From the NCBI RefSeq assembly GCF_009914755.1, contig NC_060927.1: 64,000 nt of DNA. One strand, written 5' to 3'. Position 1 is the stretch's first letter; every line of letters starts with the position of its first letter. The notes below the pieces were generated by a model. The model searched no databases. It saw only the letters and a program-made list of their open reading frames with translations, and was not told the origin of the DNA. The stretch comes from the human T2T-CHM13v2.0 reference genome, Homo sapiens. Below, piece by piece: positions 42,379 to 57,499 of the stretch. A program made the position numbers and the translations under genes.

Positions 42379-42538
42379 TTTCTTTTCTTTCTTTCTTTAT
42401 TTTATTTTATTTTATTTTATTTTTTTGAGACAGAGTCTCACTCTGTTGCCCAGGCTGGAGTGCAGTCGCGCGATCTCAGCTCACTGCAGCCTCCGCCTCC
42501 CAGATTGAAGTGATTCTCCTGCCTCAGTCTCCCAAGTC
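42379..42538 (-). mobile_element. 5'-truncated AluS (part of right monomer) with 13-bp TSD
   Basis: TGTAGCTAGTTTT at 42366-42378 and 42539-42551 followed by AA; (TTTC)/(TTTTA) tail. Confidence 0.93.
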
Positions 42539-42899
42539 TGTAGCTAGTTTTAATTTGTTGGTACCAATGTTCTACTAGTCATTATATTTTAAAAATGTGA
42601 TCTGTGCCTTCAAGGCATTGATCCTATCACCCTTTCACTGATTTATTCACTTTCTGGTATTAACTTTTTCCTTGCTCAGCATATAAATTGTACGGCCAAT
42701 TATTCTTATTCCTGTTTGTATATATTATGCATCCCTCGTCTCTCACTACCTATTTTATACTCTTTTGTATTATGCCAAATAAGCCAGTCTCTGTTTATTT
42801 CAGTGCTACACTTTTGCAGGTGGATAAGGGCACAGAAACAATTAATAGGCTTCCATTTAAATCATGAACAACAATCTCAGTTGAGACCTTATATATCCT

Positions 42900-45189
<2,290 letters not shown>

Positions 45190-45884
45190 TTAATTGAAAA
45201 ATGCTTTCTGGCCATAAATACCTCTCTATAAAATTTGGTTATATTTTATTATGTATTTATTTCTGCTTTTTTCCTAGTTTGTATGAACTTGAAAGGTTTA
45301 GTTGAAGTAGAATTGTCACACTCATTCTTTTTATTTTTTAAATACTCAATTTTAAAGGAAGAAGGGTTAAAGTAAAAAAGACTGAATGAGAAGTTACGAG
45401 TCAAATTTATTAGTGTCTAAAATATAATAGCAATTGCATATAGATTTTTCTTTCCCATTTAATCCTGGGAATATAAGGAAGCGCCAACGTGAGCATGTCT
45501 TTGAGCAGAATCCATTTTGCTCTTGCTTGTTTTTCACATAGAACTGCATTCGCTTTACCTGCATGTCTCATCTCTCAATTTTGTGTGTTTTTCCATCTGT
45601 TTATGTTTCTTTTTATAGTCATTTACTGCCTTCTTATTGACCTGCCCTATGTTAAACATGTCCCTAATATGTCCTGCCCACATCTCAGCCTGTCTACTTG
45701 TGTTTCTTCATCTAGCTAACAATAAACAACATAAGTCAGGTAATGAAATCAGCGTAATAAGAGAGGATCATGGTGTCTAGTTTGTTCAGAGGAAAAAGCA
45801 CATGTGATGAATATACACTCAGAGCTTGTTTTCTAAACACCATTTGCTAATTAAAATAATCAGTTCCTTTAAGAAGGAATGGAT

Positions 45885-46065
45885 TCAATTTTTAATTTTT
45901 TGAGGAATCCCTGTACTGTTTTCCTTATCTAAGGTAATGTAAATGTCAATTAGCTTGATTTAGCTGTTCCACGAAGTATACATACACTTCAAAACATCGT
46001 GCTGTATATGGTAAATATATACAAATTTATCTGTCAATTAAAAAAGATAATTTTTTAAAAAAGGA
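45885..46065 (+). mobile_element. Very short L1MA 3' end with an inverted 5' piece (45885-45924), nested in an L1MC4-type fragment (~45800-46140)
   Basis: TTTTTGAGGAATCCCTGTACTGTTTTCC (antisense L1) joined to TTAGCTTGATTTAGC...TTTATCTGTCAATTAAAAAA (sense 3' end). Confidence 0.65.
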
Positions 46066-46719
46066 AAAAATAAGGTAGCGGTTTCTAAGACTGGAGCGCA
46101 GAAAATACAAAAATTGCCTGGAGAATCTTGTAGTGCCAGTTTGCCCATTTGAAAGATTTCACTGCATACTACATTCTTTATTGTGTCTTCACTCTGGGAT
46201 AATTCAATCAATCCTGATTTAATCTATCTGTAGCTTTAAAGGTTGTCTTTACAATGGCTACAACAGGCATATTCTTGAATTGATATTGAGTATTTCTGAG
46301 TTCAAATAGCTTAAAGTTGTTTAAAACATTACTAAGTTTTATCATTTACTGCTTAAATTTGAAATGACATCAAAATTTATCAATCACTGTGTTCTGTTAT
46401 TAATTTTTTGCAAAACCTTATTAGATTAAGCCAATTGCAATCAATGTTGTTAATATTCTGCTTTTTCAAAATCTCCCCTAGAACAAATACATTAATTACT
46501 TAGAGTTTCTATGTTATACTTTGTCACAGGCAAGATTTGTACCAGATGAACTTATTGGTCTTTCAATGTTCACATGTGTGAATTATACCAAATATTCTTC
46601 AACAATATAATGTTGGTGCATTCTTCCAACTCTCCTGAACAGTTTTACTAAAATAGTACCTGTCCCTCGATCCTAAGTCAAGGAACAGTTTTTTTTTTAA
46701 TAAGTAACACTTCTTTCAT

Positions 46720-47010
46720 AAGTTATGAGAGACTAGATAATGTTGTAATAACAATCTCCCTATAATATCAGTGGCTTAAAAGAACAAAAGTTTGTTTTTC
46801 CTGGATGTCTATGTGGTCTTTTATTAAGACAGGAGACTTGTTCCATGTCAGAGGGAAAAACTGTAGAAGTGTTTTACTCTTGCAGCCAAGTATCTTGATT
46901 ATTTCCATTTATAACTGATTGCGAAAGCAAGTTCCAAAGTACCAAACTCCAGGGTGCAAAGAAATTCAATCTTCAGTGTGCCCCAAAACAGGAGAGAACC
47001 AAGAATCAGT
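46720..47010 (-). mobile_element. MLT1K/L-like MaLR LTR remnant
   Basis: TGTAATAACAA...ATCAGTGGCTTAAAAGAACAAAAGTTTGTTT motif. Confidence 0.5.
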
Positions 47011-50000
47011 GAGAAATGTTGTGTTTCAATGGAACACCCCCTTTTCTTAAGTCAAGATCCTTTCACTGGGCTAGTGTTCTTTGGAAAATCCTGATACAGT
47101 CTGGGTTAGTCCATACGATAATTGACTGAGCAATAGAATTCCAGACTTCTAGGAACACTCCTTAAATGTGATACTTCAGTTGTTGGTGTGAATAGATGGA
47201 TAGTTTCCAAGTGAAAAATATGTATTCCAACTGGCACCATCAGTTTTATTTAGCGTTGTTCATAAATGCTTTTACTGCTGATGTTTTTGAATATCATTAT
47301 TTTAAATCTAGTTATTTTTCCAAATTCTTCAAACATCTTTACTATACCAAGTAATTTTCAGGATTTATTAAAGGTTAATGAAGGAGTTTATTGCATCATA
47401 TCTTCTATGGCTGTTTAAATACATGTAACTTTAGGGAAAACGTAAAGTAAACCACTGCAAGATGGCTAAAGGCCAAACATTGACAAAAGATGATTTATAT
47501 TTTTATTATCAGAGGTCAAGGAGACTCATATAAGCTAACTTTTCATGGCAGAGCTTGTCTTTATTTAATTTCAATCTGATGTCAGTTTGTAGTTATTAAG
47601 CACTTACTAACTGTAAATCTTTTTACATATGTAGTGTAATAAATATACAGCAATTAGGCACTCTTGCCAGTTTATATATATTGTTCAATATTATATAATT
47701 GCAATCCAGCAGAGGAGGAAATATAAAAGTACAATCATGCAACACTGCTAGCCTACATTCTCCATTGATTCCTCATATCTGAAGTTTGTCAACATTTCAC
47801 TAAAAGATACGAGAGTCTTGTGACAAAACCTGCATTACCATTCTCATATTTTTACTCTTATTTTTCTCTTAGCCTTGTCTTATCCAGTGACAATTAATTA
47901 CTTGTTATTTTCAGAGTAAATAATGCTCCAATATATATTTTGGCTTTTGCCCATAATACAGACTTTAAAATAATTTGGTTCTATTTTAAGTACTTACTTA
48001 GTATTACTTTAGAAAACTTACTTTCCCTTCCTTGTTTCGGAATCTTCACAGTTTAGTACAAAATATAACTAGTATCCTAGCAGTGAAAAAAATGCATTTC
48101 AGTTGCAAGACCTATATATTTACTGAGCATATTGAACTATGTGCTTGTAAGAGTGCCAAGTTCAATGACTAAAACAGTGCATAAGAAAATCTCTGTTTGG
48201 AAGAGGATCTTTGTCAAGATCTTGGAGGTACAGGCTAGTGATTTGGCACTTACAGAGCAGCATGGTAAGTGGTGTATGGATCCAGCCAACCCAATTCCCT
48301 GGTTATGATAGAGTTTAATTTCAAAGGGCTTAGCAACCTGCACAGCGTCCAGAGTGTCCACTTTCAGGAGGCCAGTCCAGTCCAGCATATGGACTTCACG
48401 GAAAAGGAGTCATGATTTACTTTCCTCAAGTTCTTTTTCTACATAAAAATGAAGGCATTATTAAGGGATAAATTTGGCCACTGGGGCATAAAATCACAAA
48501 TTTCTCTGAAATTTAGATTTTCTGGATACTTGCAGGGCCAAAGCCAGAGACTCAGGGAACTTTTTCTTCATCAGAGTACATAATTATTGAACTTAAAGAA
48601 AGTGATGTTCTGGAACAGGGCTTCACTTTTATGTAAAGTGAGCCAATGTTTGAAAGAATTACAACACACAAGAAAAGTTCAGGCATTATTTTCTGAGCTG
48701 ACAAGCACAATTAATGTCTGTCCTCTGTGACTCTATGAAGCATCCTGGACAACCCTTTAACTTGCACATTGAAATAATCTGCTGCACTTCTGTTTTACCC
48801 ATTAGACTATTAACTTGGCAAGGAATAAGGTTTTGCTTTATGTACCATGCAATCATTAACATACTTATTAGTACAGAGTAATACTTTAATATGTAGAACT
48901 CCAGCAGTTGTTTAATATTTAGAACTGAGCCAAATTGCTGATGTTAGAGGGAAAAAAAGGCAAAAAATACTAAATAAATACACTCCAGCTCAATTCTGAG
49001 ACAAAATTATATAGACAAAAATATATGAGATGTATACAATATAACAAAATTTGTCAAATTAAGCAGATTATTATCTAAACTTTACGTAATACATAGACTT
49101 GCTCATTGATTAAGTGCAGACACATTTTAAATTATTTCAAAGATCTTGATTGAGAAAGAATCAATATATTGACTTTACATTCTTTAAAAAAGAAGCCTAA
49201 TTGGCATAAGTTTATTCTTGAAAACTCTATTAAATGTCACATATTCTGGCATTAATGTTTGAGATACTTTGATATTGTGTATTACACCCTAAGTATATGT
49301 CCTTTTCTATATTAATTATAACATTTAAAATAATATTATCTTATTTTGCATTTACACAACATATGCTAGTTTTTAAGAACCATAGTGATATATGTAATCT
49401 AAAGATTTGCCCTCAAGTCTCAGATAACGACAATTCTCTAATAAAGTCATTTTATCATTTTAAATCACAAATTATCCTTTTAAAAAATTTGGGAAAATGT
49501 ATATGATATGTGAAAGTGTTTTACAACTATACATGATTGTTTGAAATGAAGAACAAGATATTATCTATAGTTCTCAAATTTCTCAAAGATTATTGTCATG
49601 CTTAAAGGGAGAAACACGGTATTTTGTTTGCTTTTTGTTTTTGTTTTTGTTTTTTTCTGTGTGATCAGAATTCATTTTATGCAAGATCTAATGCCATCTA
49701 ATTGTAAGAGTTTGTACTACATTCATGTATAGTTGTTGAAATTAAATATCTCTAAAAACCATCACCACCAACCACAAACCCTAATAAAATAAATGTAATC
49801 ATTGGCAGATTGAATTTCATTTATAAAAGGAAGGAAATGGGGGGAACAGCAAAAATAAAATAACCTTTAAAACTACTACATAAAAATATAAAACTACCAT
49901 GCAGAACAGGATTTACTTCGAGATTTATTTTACTTGGTTTTGCTTTTGTTTTGTTTATTAGTAGACTCCACTACATAGCTTTAACACTTTCTTCTGGATT

Positions 50001-51264
50001 CAACTTTTCCCAGGAGTGGCTTTCTCATTCCATTTATATGTCCCAGGAGAGAAAACAAGCAATCATCCCATGGCTATAGAAAGAACAGTAATCCTGAACT
50101 TTTATAAATAATAAAAAAAATTGAAAATATACAGGGTTTACATAAAATCAAAGCTGCAAAAGGCTACAGCAACAAACTGATATTTATTACCAAGAAATAT
50201 TCTTGATATATAAAAAAGAACAAGGTGTTTAAATTTTGTCAAAATACATTTACTACCCAGAATTCAATCAGTTTTATAACTTGCAAGCTGCTTTAATCTG
50301 TCACAGAAAGGAAGAATGATGATTATATATTACAGGTAGTTAAAGGTGGGGTTTTTAAAAACAATGATTGTGGTTAGGATAACCCAAGAACATGAAATAG
50401 TCTCATGACCTATTATATCCATTATGTTTGGAATAATAGTTGTAGACAGTTATATGGCATAATAATAGTCTCTGAGGCTAAGAAATTTAAGAGTATTTTT
50501 CATCATCAAGATCACTAACTAGCAGTTATTGAACATTTAGTGGAAGCTCGACTCTAATGGGTATTGACCCTGTAAAGAATAAAATTTTAATATAGCCTGC
50601 TTTCCCATAAGCTAGACATTGTAGCTATTCATGCAAAATGAAATGCTTTTGTCTCACGTAGTTACTTTGTATAAAACCAGAAAAAAATGAGTTACAATTT
50701 TTAATCATTACATATCTAAAAGAGATGTAATCTGAGACAGACTTTTAAAAATAAAAAAGAAAATATCAAACAAAATGTATCTGAGGCATTACAGAATAAA
50801 GAGTTACAAGTTCAACATAAATCTATCCAAGAAGGATAGAAAGGACATAATTTTATTAAGCAATCAAAAATGTTAAGATAAAATAATTAAATCATTTTCA
50901 ATCTATATCCTGCCTGACCCAATCCACATCTAGACACTTATATAACGCACCAGGCATCCTGCACCTGGACACTGCATACATGATTCCCCTAATAGTATAA
51001 CAAGTTCTCCTCTTTATGAACATCAATAGCAAGACACACATATTCAGGTTCCTCTTGCCACATCATACTCTGGCATTACTCTGCATACTGAATAAAGTAC
51101 CTCCGTAAAGAAACCTTTATCTCTGTTTTAACTGTTTTGTGATCCATAATGATGCCTTCAACCAAATTAGTTGTTCATCCCACGACCATACATTCTGCTC
51201 AGTCATCCGTAACATACTGGAGGCTAAAATGAGCATGGTCAGCATCTGTTGAGTAGAAAGTGCC

Positions 51265-51470
51265 AAGGTTTGTGCTAAAAGTTTTAACTGGTGTTAGCTG
51301 ATCCAATGATTAAAATAAATGTACACATTAGATACCAATGTCATCCCAATTTTACAGATGAGAGACTAAGGTACAGAAAGTTTAGTATTCTTGACAAAGA
51401 AATAAAGGGTAGAAGCTGCCATTCAGAATTTAGATCTAAGCAGTTGGAATCTTAATCCAGCAATGTTAAG
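51265..51470 (-). mobile_element. MIR SINE remnant
   Basis: ATCCCAATTTTACAGATGAGAGACTAAGGTACAGAAAGTT core. Confidence 0.75.
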
Positions 51471-51532
51471 GCTTCTTAGGCTTTCAATTAATCCTACAGT
51501 AACATGCAACTATCGATCTGTTAAATGTCTTT

Positions 51533-51722
51533 TATATATATATATATAAATATATGTGTTTATAGATATATACATTTGTATATACACATATGTATATGTG
51601 TATATATATACATATATGTATATGTGTATATATATACATATATGTATATGTGTATATATATACATATATGGATATATATACACTCACACACACATACATA
51701 TATGGAGATATATATATCTCTC
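51533..51722. repeat. Compound (TA)n/(TATG)/(CA) microsatellite
   Basis: About 190 bp alternating purine-pyrimidine tract with repeated TATATATACATATATGTATATGTG units. Confidence 0.95.
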
Positions 51723-53533
51723 TCTCCATAAGGCCCACCAGAAGCAATTTGCTTTCAGCTGATAAGGCTGGTAATACACCTTCACTGTCCTGACTCAGGG
51801 CTGTAGAAATCCTCCAACCCTACTTTGTAATTTAACTTTCAGGGAATTTGACTGCCTTTTCTTTTCCTAAGATATCACTCTGGTTCATTACATTGATGAC
51901 ATTATAATTATTGGACTTAGCAAAACGTGGTAACTGCCCTAGACTTTTATAGGCACGCCATTTGGGTTTGAGAGGATAGGAAATAAATATGACTAAAATT
52001 TGGGGGATTTCTGTCTCAGTTAAACTTCTGGTAGCCTAGTGGTGTGGAACATATCAAGATATACCATTTAAGGTAAAGAATACATTGTTGCATCAGGCCC
52101 CTCCTGTAAGCAAGAAGGAGACATAACACCTAGTTGGCCTCTTTGAATTTTAGAGGCAACATACCTTGAGTATGTTATTCTGAATCATTATCCAGTGACC
52201 CAAAACACTGCTACTTTTGGTTTGGTCAGAACATGAGAAGACTCTACAACAGGTTCACGTTGCTGCGCAAGCTGTTATGCTACTTGGACCATATGGTCCA
52301 GCATATCCAATGGTGCTTGAATCTCAGTACCAGATAGGGATGCTGTTTGGTATATTTGACAGTCTCTTATAGGTAAAATCTAGGAAAGGCCTTTAGGATT
52401 CTGGAACAAGGCCCTGCCATCTCCCAAGGATAACTACTTTCTTTTTTGAAAAACAACTTTCAGCCTGTGCCTCGGCCTTAATAGAGACCATAGTTCACTT
52501 TCTTTGGAAGGAGAAATCACCAGAGTTGTGGTCATATACTAATTCATGGGCTGTGGCCAATGATTGGGTCAGGTGTTCAGGGAATTTAAGAGAATATGAT
52601 TGAAAAACTGGTAACAAATGTATGGTGAGATATCTCCTCTGATTTGACAAAAACATTAAAAATAATTGTTTTTCATGTGGATTTTCACTAGAGAATCACC
52701 TCAAAAGAGGAGAATTTTAACCATCAAGCGGATAGGATAACCAGTTATGTGAATTCTAGTCAGCCTCTTTCCCTGCTGGCTCATGTAAAGAGTGGCCGTG
52801 GTGTCAAGGGTGGAGGTTATGCAAGGGCTCAGCAAAAGACTCACACTTACCAAGATCAATTTGGCTATGACCTCCATCACATGCCCAAACTGCTTGCAGC
52901 AGAGACCAACATTGAGCCTTTGATATGGCATCATTCCCTGAAGTGATTGGCTTCTCTCATAGAAGGGGCAGTGCTTTGTCTTTTTTGAAATAGACCCTCT
53001 GGATATAGATTTGCCTTCCCTGCATGTAATGCCTCTGCCAAAACTACCACCCATGGACTTACAGAATGCCTTATTCATCATTACAATATTCTATACAGCA
53101 TTGCTTCTGATCAAATAACACACTTCACAGCAAAAGAAGTGAGGTAATGAACTCACACTTATGGAATTCACTGGCTCTACCATGTTCCTGCCATACTGAA
53201 GTAGCTGGTTTGATGAAATGGCCACTTAAATATTCAGTTACAGCTGCTGGCAGTGTCTTGCAGGGCTTGGGAAAGTATCTCCAGAAGGTGGTATGTGCTC
53301 TGAATCAACATCCAATGTAAACTTCTCTTTTTCCAATAACCAGGATTCACAGTTCCATGAATCAAGGAATGGAAATGAAAATGGAACCCCTTGCTATTAC
53401 CCCTAGTGGCACACTGGGAAAATTTTTGCTTCCTGTTCCAGTGACATTATGATCTGCTGGCCAAAATGGCTTAGTACCAGAGAAAGGAATTCTTCCTAGG
53501 ATAAATTATAATAACTCTATTGAACTGGAAATT

Positions 53534-53804
53534 ATGACCGTGTTCAGTCACTTTGAGCGCCTCAAGCCTCTGAATCAAGAGGCAAAAAGGGGAGTTATGG
53601 TGTTTGCTGGAGTGACTAATTTTGAATACCAATGGGAAATTGGACTACTCCTCCACAATAGACGTAAGGAAGAGTATGTCTTTAATACAGGAGATCCCTT
53701 AGGGAATCTCTTAGTAATCGTATGCCCTGTGATTAAGGTCAACGAAAAACTACAACTTCAAACAGGCATTTCAAATAACAGGGCAGACCATTCAGGAATA
53801 AAAA
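53534..53804 (+). pseudogene. ERV-L dUTPase remnant
   Basis: HFERLKPLNQEAKRGVMVFAGVTNFEYQWEIGLLLHN..EEYVFNTGDPLG resembles ERV-L dUTPase; motif III GVIDPDY is degraded to GVTNFEY. Confidence 0.85.
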
Positions 53805-54186
53805 TGTCTTAATCTTTCTGTGCTTCTCTAACTGAATACCACAGACAGTAATTTATAAAGAACAGAAATTCATTTCTCATAGCTCCTAAGACTGGGAAGT
53901 CCAAGATCAAATCATCATCATCTATTGAGGGACTTATTGCTGCATCCACATACAGCACAAGCTGAAAGGTTAAAAAGGTGATGCACATTGTGTCCTTAAA
54001 TGGCAGAAGGGCAGAAGAGGATAAACATGCTCCTGTAAGCCCTTCTTACAATGGCATTAATCCATTCATGAGGGCAGAACTCTCATGACCTAAACACCTC
54101 CCATTAGGCCCCACTTCCCAACACTTTTACATTGAGGATAAAATTTCCAACATATAGATTTTAAGGGACACATTCAGAACATAGCA
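53805..54186 (-). mobile_element. MST (MSTC/D-like) MaLR solo LTR nested in ERV-L
   Basis: TGTCTTAATC...GACTGGGAAGTCCAAGATCAA...GGACACATTCAGAACATAGCA; ERV-L resumes at TTTGGGTCACCCC. Confidence 0.88.
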
Positions 54187-55079
54187 GATGGTTTGGGTCA
54201 CCCCTCAAGGTAAAGAGGTAAAATACCATAACCAGCTGAAGTGCTTGCTGAAGACAAAGCAAATACATAATGAATAGTGGAAGAAAGCAGTTATAAATAC
54301 CAACTATTACCACATGACCAGTAACAAAAATAAGAACTGTAACTGTCATGAGTATTTTATCCTTATTTTGCTTTCAAGATGTTTGTGTGTATATATACAC
54401 ATGCAGTTGGATGATAGATTGATGATAAATTGACAGATATTTGTTTTCTTTCCTCTTGTATTCACTTATTACCTAACATAAGATATATTAATTATATTTT
54501 GTAGTATTGAAGTATTTTTAATTTTAATCATATTATTTAAGTAACCAGATAGCATAGAGAAGAGTAAATATCACTCAAAGACTATCTCTTCCTCTGGGAA
54601 AGGGACTGTACATTTCTTTCAGTTGCATGCCAGATAGTTGCAATGTTTAGTGCAACTCAAAAAATAATTTAAAAGAAAGATATTAATACCCACTTATGTA
54701 TAGTTTACTTTGCTTTCCTCTTGGATACCTCCCTGCACATATACTTCCTGCAGGCAGCAAACTATGAAAACTTGAAGTCAAAGTAAAACTTGAAAGCAAA
54801 AATAAATAATCCTTCCTGGACACTCCATATCTAGCTGAGATTCTTTAACATCAGTTTCCCTCTTCCCTCCTCAGATAGTTATGATGGTGAGTTCCTTTAA
54901 ATATTCTCTATATTCACCAAAAGCCATTGGTTTGTGTTGAAAATAAGACTAATGCAACTCGTAGGACATTTATCACAGAACAAAATAGTTAAGCAATTTA
55001 TCCACTTCGCCTCTGATTTTCACGGCAGTCAACAAAGAGCTATTTCTAGGCATGTTACATCTTTCTTCCATGAATTCTG

Positions 55080-55567
55080 TAGTCAATCCATAGTATATTA
55101 TGACTTTGTTTCCAATACCGCCCTGTTCTGAATGCCTTTAATGCCTTCTCTCATAATAGTGTAGTGTATTTTCCTATCTCTCTAATTCAGAGATTGGCCA
55201 TGAGATTTGCTTTGGCTAGTGGATTATGAGTGGTTGTGGTGTCTTCAGAGGATTTAAAATGTGCTTGCATAGTTTATCTTGGCCCTTGAACTCCTGCTGT
55301 TCTAGAAGAAAACATGCCTTGGGTACTTCTAACTAAGGAAGATAAAAGAAACATGTCATATACTTGGGGCTAACCCACAAATGAAACGAAGCTGAACCTA
55401 AACACTGCTTGAAACAGAGCTAACCATCCAAGCCCAGCTGAGATTAGCCAAGCCTCTTCCCATTCACAGACCTGGAAGCATGAGAACAAAAGCTTATCAT
55501 AGTAAGTCACTAATTTTTGAATGAATTTTCAACACTATTTTTTAATTTAAATAAAACTGGCTGATAA
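55080..55567 (+). mobile_element. MLT1I-like MaLR solo LTR
   Basis: TTGGCCATGAGATTTGCTTTGGC, TTAAAATGTGCTTGCATAGTT and CCCAGCTGAGATTAGCCAAG motifs. Confidence 0.65.
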
Positions 55568-57164
55568 AGCACATTTTCTAAATTAAATTCAAAGTTCACC
55601 TGGCTGGCTAGTTGATCCCTATTCCCATCCGGTTCTCGCTTGCCGTAACTTATGACCCAGCTTCTGTTATAGCAAAGCTGCATCTCATTTTCTTCTAAAA
55701 TTCTTCCTTATATGTAGATGGAAAGGAGCTGACATTTAGAGATAATCTGAATGTTTACTATATTGAAAGATCTATTACTTTCAGCCTTTTTTAAAAAGAG
55801 AGGCTGAAAATTGCCTAAATAACAAATTATTTTTTTAGCTCATGTCTGCATGATATGGAATATCTTGCCAAATACTTTACCCCTCTGCTATTGGTTGCAA
55901 AGTAAAGAGTGTACTTTTGACTTAGAATGTCTGTCTCGCCCTTATCTTTTGAATTTTTCAAAGTTTTCTCTTTCTGTTCCATGAAGTACACAGATGACAA
56001 ATGAGAAAGACTGACTGAACATGAATATGCTACACATTTACTTCACCATCTCCTAGTCCTTATTCAGACTATACATTGTGTAGAATATAAATAGTATTAA
56101 AATATCTCAATAATTTTAAGTCATAAATTGTCTCATTACATTGATTATTGCTTTTTATAATTACTACCAAATTTCAACTATTTTTTCTACATCTTTACTG
56201 TTAAAAGTCCACTGATTATAGCTGTTTACGGGTTTGAATAGTTTTCTGAATTCTAGAACAGAATACATGCATGGTTTGATCGTAATTTTTTAATGCAGAC
56301 TAGCAAAGCCATATACAGACTACTTGATTCCCTGGCTGCATTTGTATTTTTGTTGTGAAAAAAAATAACCTCCTTCCCATTTTAGAGCTATTACTTTATC
56401 TCTGCACCCTGAAGGGCCCATATTTAATGTCCTTCAAATGCTAGTTTTGAGGCTGTTAATCATTAACTATCTGATTCAGAGACACTAGTTCTCTAAAATA
56501 CTTTGTTAAATTGCAATATTATAACTTATTCTTGAAGTAGGTTCTACTTGCTTTTATAAGATTCTAGGTAAAGGAAAGGTCTTATGTTTTATAGTTCATG
56601 TCTAGATTTCACACAAAATCTCTGTGAAATGGTTGGATTATCACATGCTGAAAAACCCTCTTGCTAATCAAGCATGAGAAGCCAAAAAATATACACTGCA
56701 CAGATGGGCAGTTAATTTCTTTCCCATTGAGCTAGCAATGTGCTCCATGATGTTTTAGCAGCTGTGATGAGAATGGTGGATGTCCCCAGTCTATGCTTCA
56801 TTTAACTTCGGGAATTCGAAAAGATTGCATTGTGTGAAAAATAAAAATGTATTTTAAAGCAATGGAGCTTGGTGTCCTGAAGCAACATTTCATTTTAACA
56901 ACTAAGTTTTAGGTGCAAATGTTGATACTTACATATTTCATTCTTCTGACAACTTTACCACAACTTGGATTGTATTTCATCACTAAATCATACTGTCAAC
57001 TTAGTCTTAGACAGCCTATGAAAATCAATGGAACTTTATAATAGAAAATAGAAGAATTGTGTGGTAAAAAATGTGTTTCAATTGTTTGCCACTCATGTTT
57101 ATTTTTCACAGATACCAATAATACCACATTATATTTGTATAGCACTTTTATATTCAAAATTATT

Positions 57165-57460
57165 TTCCTGTCAAATGGGAATAAAATGCTTGTACTGCCT
57201 ACTCAGAGCTGATGATATGATTACCTGACATAAAAGAAATAAAAATGCTTTCTAAAGAATGCTATAAGAGATGAGGGATTATCATTGCCATCACGTCTGA
57301 GAATTTTAGTCAGCAAAAAGCACAGAGGCTTTGAAATAAGACCTGGATTTCAGTTTTGGTTTCATTCCTTATAATGTTTGTGAAACTTGGCAGTTGCCTT
57401 ACCTTTACACTGAGCCCAAGGGATTTTTGTGTATAAAATTTGAATAATTATATACTATAT
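57165..57460 (+). mobile_element. Two MIR fragments
   Basis: CTGTCAAATGGGAATAAAA; GCACAGAGGCTTTGAAATAAGACCTGGATTTC. Confidence 0.55.
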
Positions 57461-57466
57461 ATAAGG

Positions 57467-57499
57467 TATGTGTGTTTGTGTGTATGTGTGTGTGTGTGT
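57467..57499. repeat. (TG)n microsatellite, interrupted
   Basis: Directly visible. Confidence 0.85.

Larger units (their letters stand above)
51503..54650 (+). mobile_element. ERV-L internal fragment (pol RT, partial RNase H, integrase, dUTPase, 3' region), decayed
   Basis: [11 protein letters not shown]; LVHYIDD (YIDD at 51889-51900); YTNSWAVAN; IASDQITHFTAKEV; dUTPase downstream of integrase is characteristic of ERV-L. Confidence 0.93.

Noticed and set aside
51525-51793. Y/I/C/V-rich ORFs
   Set aside because: Translations of the TA/TG microsatellite.
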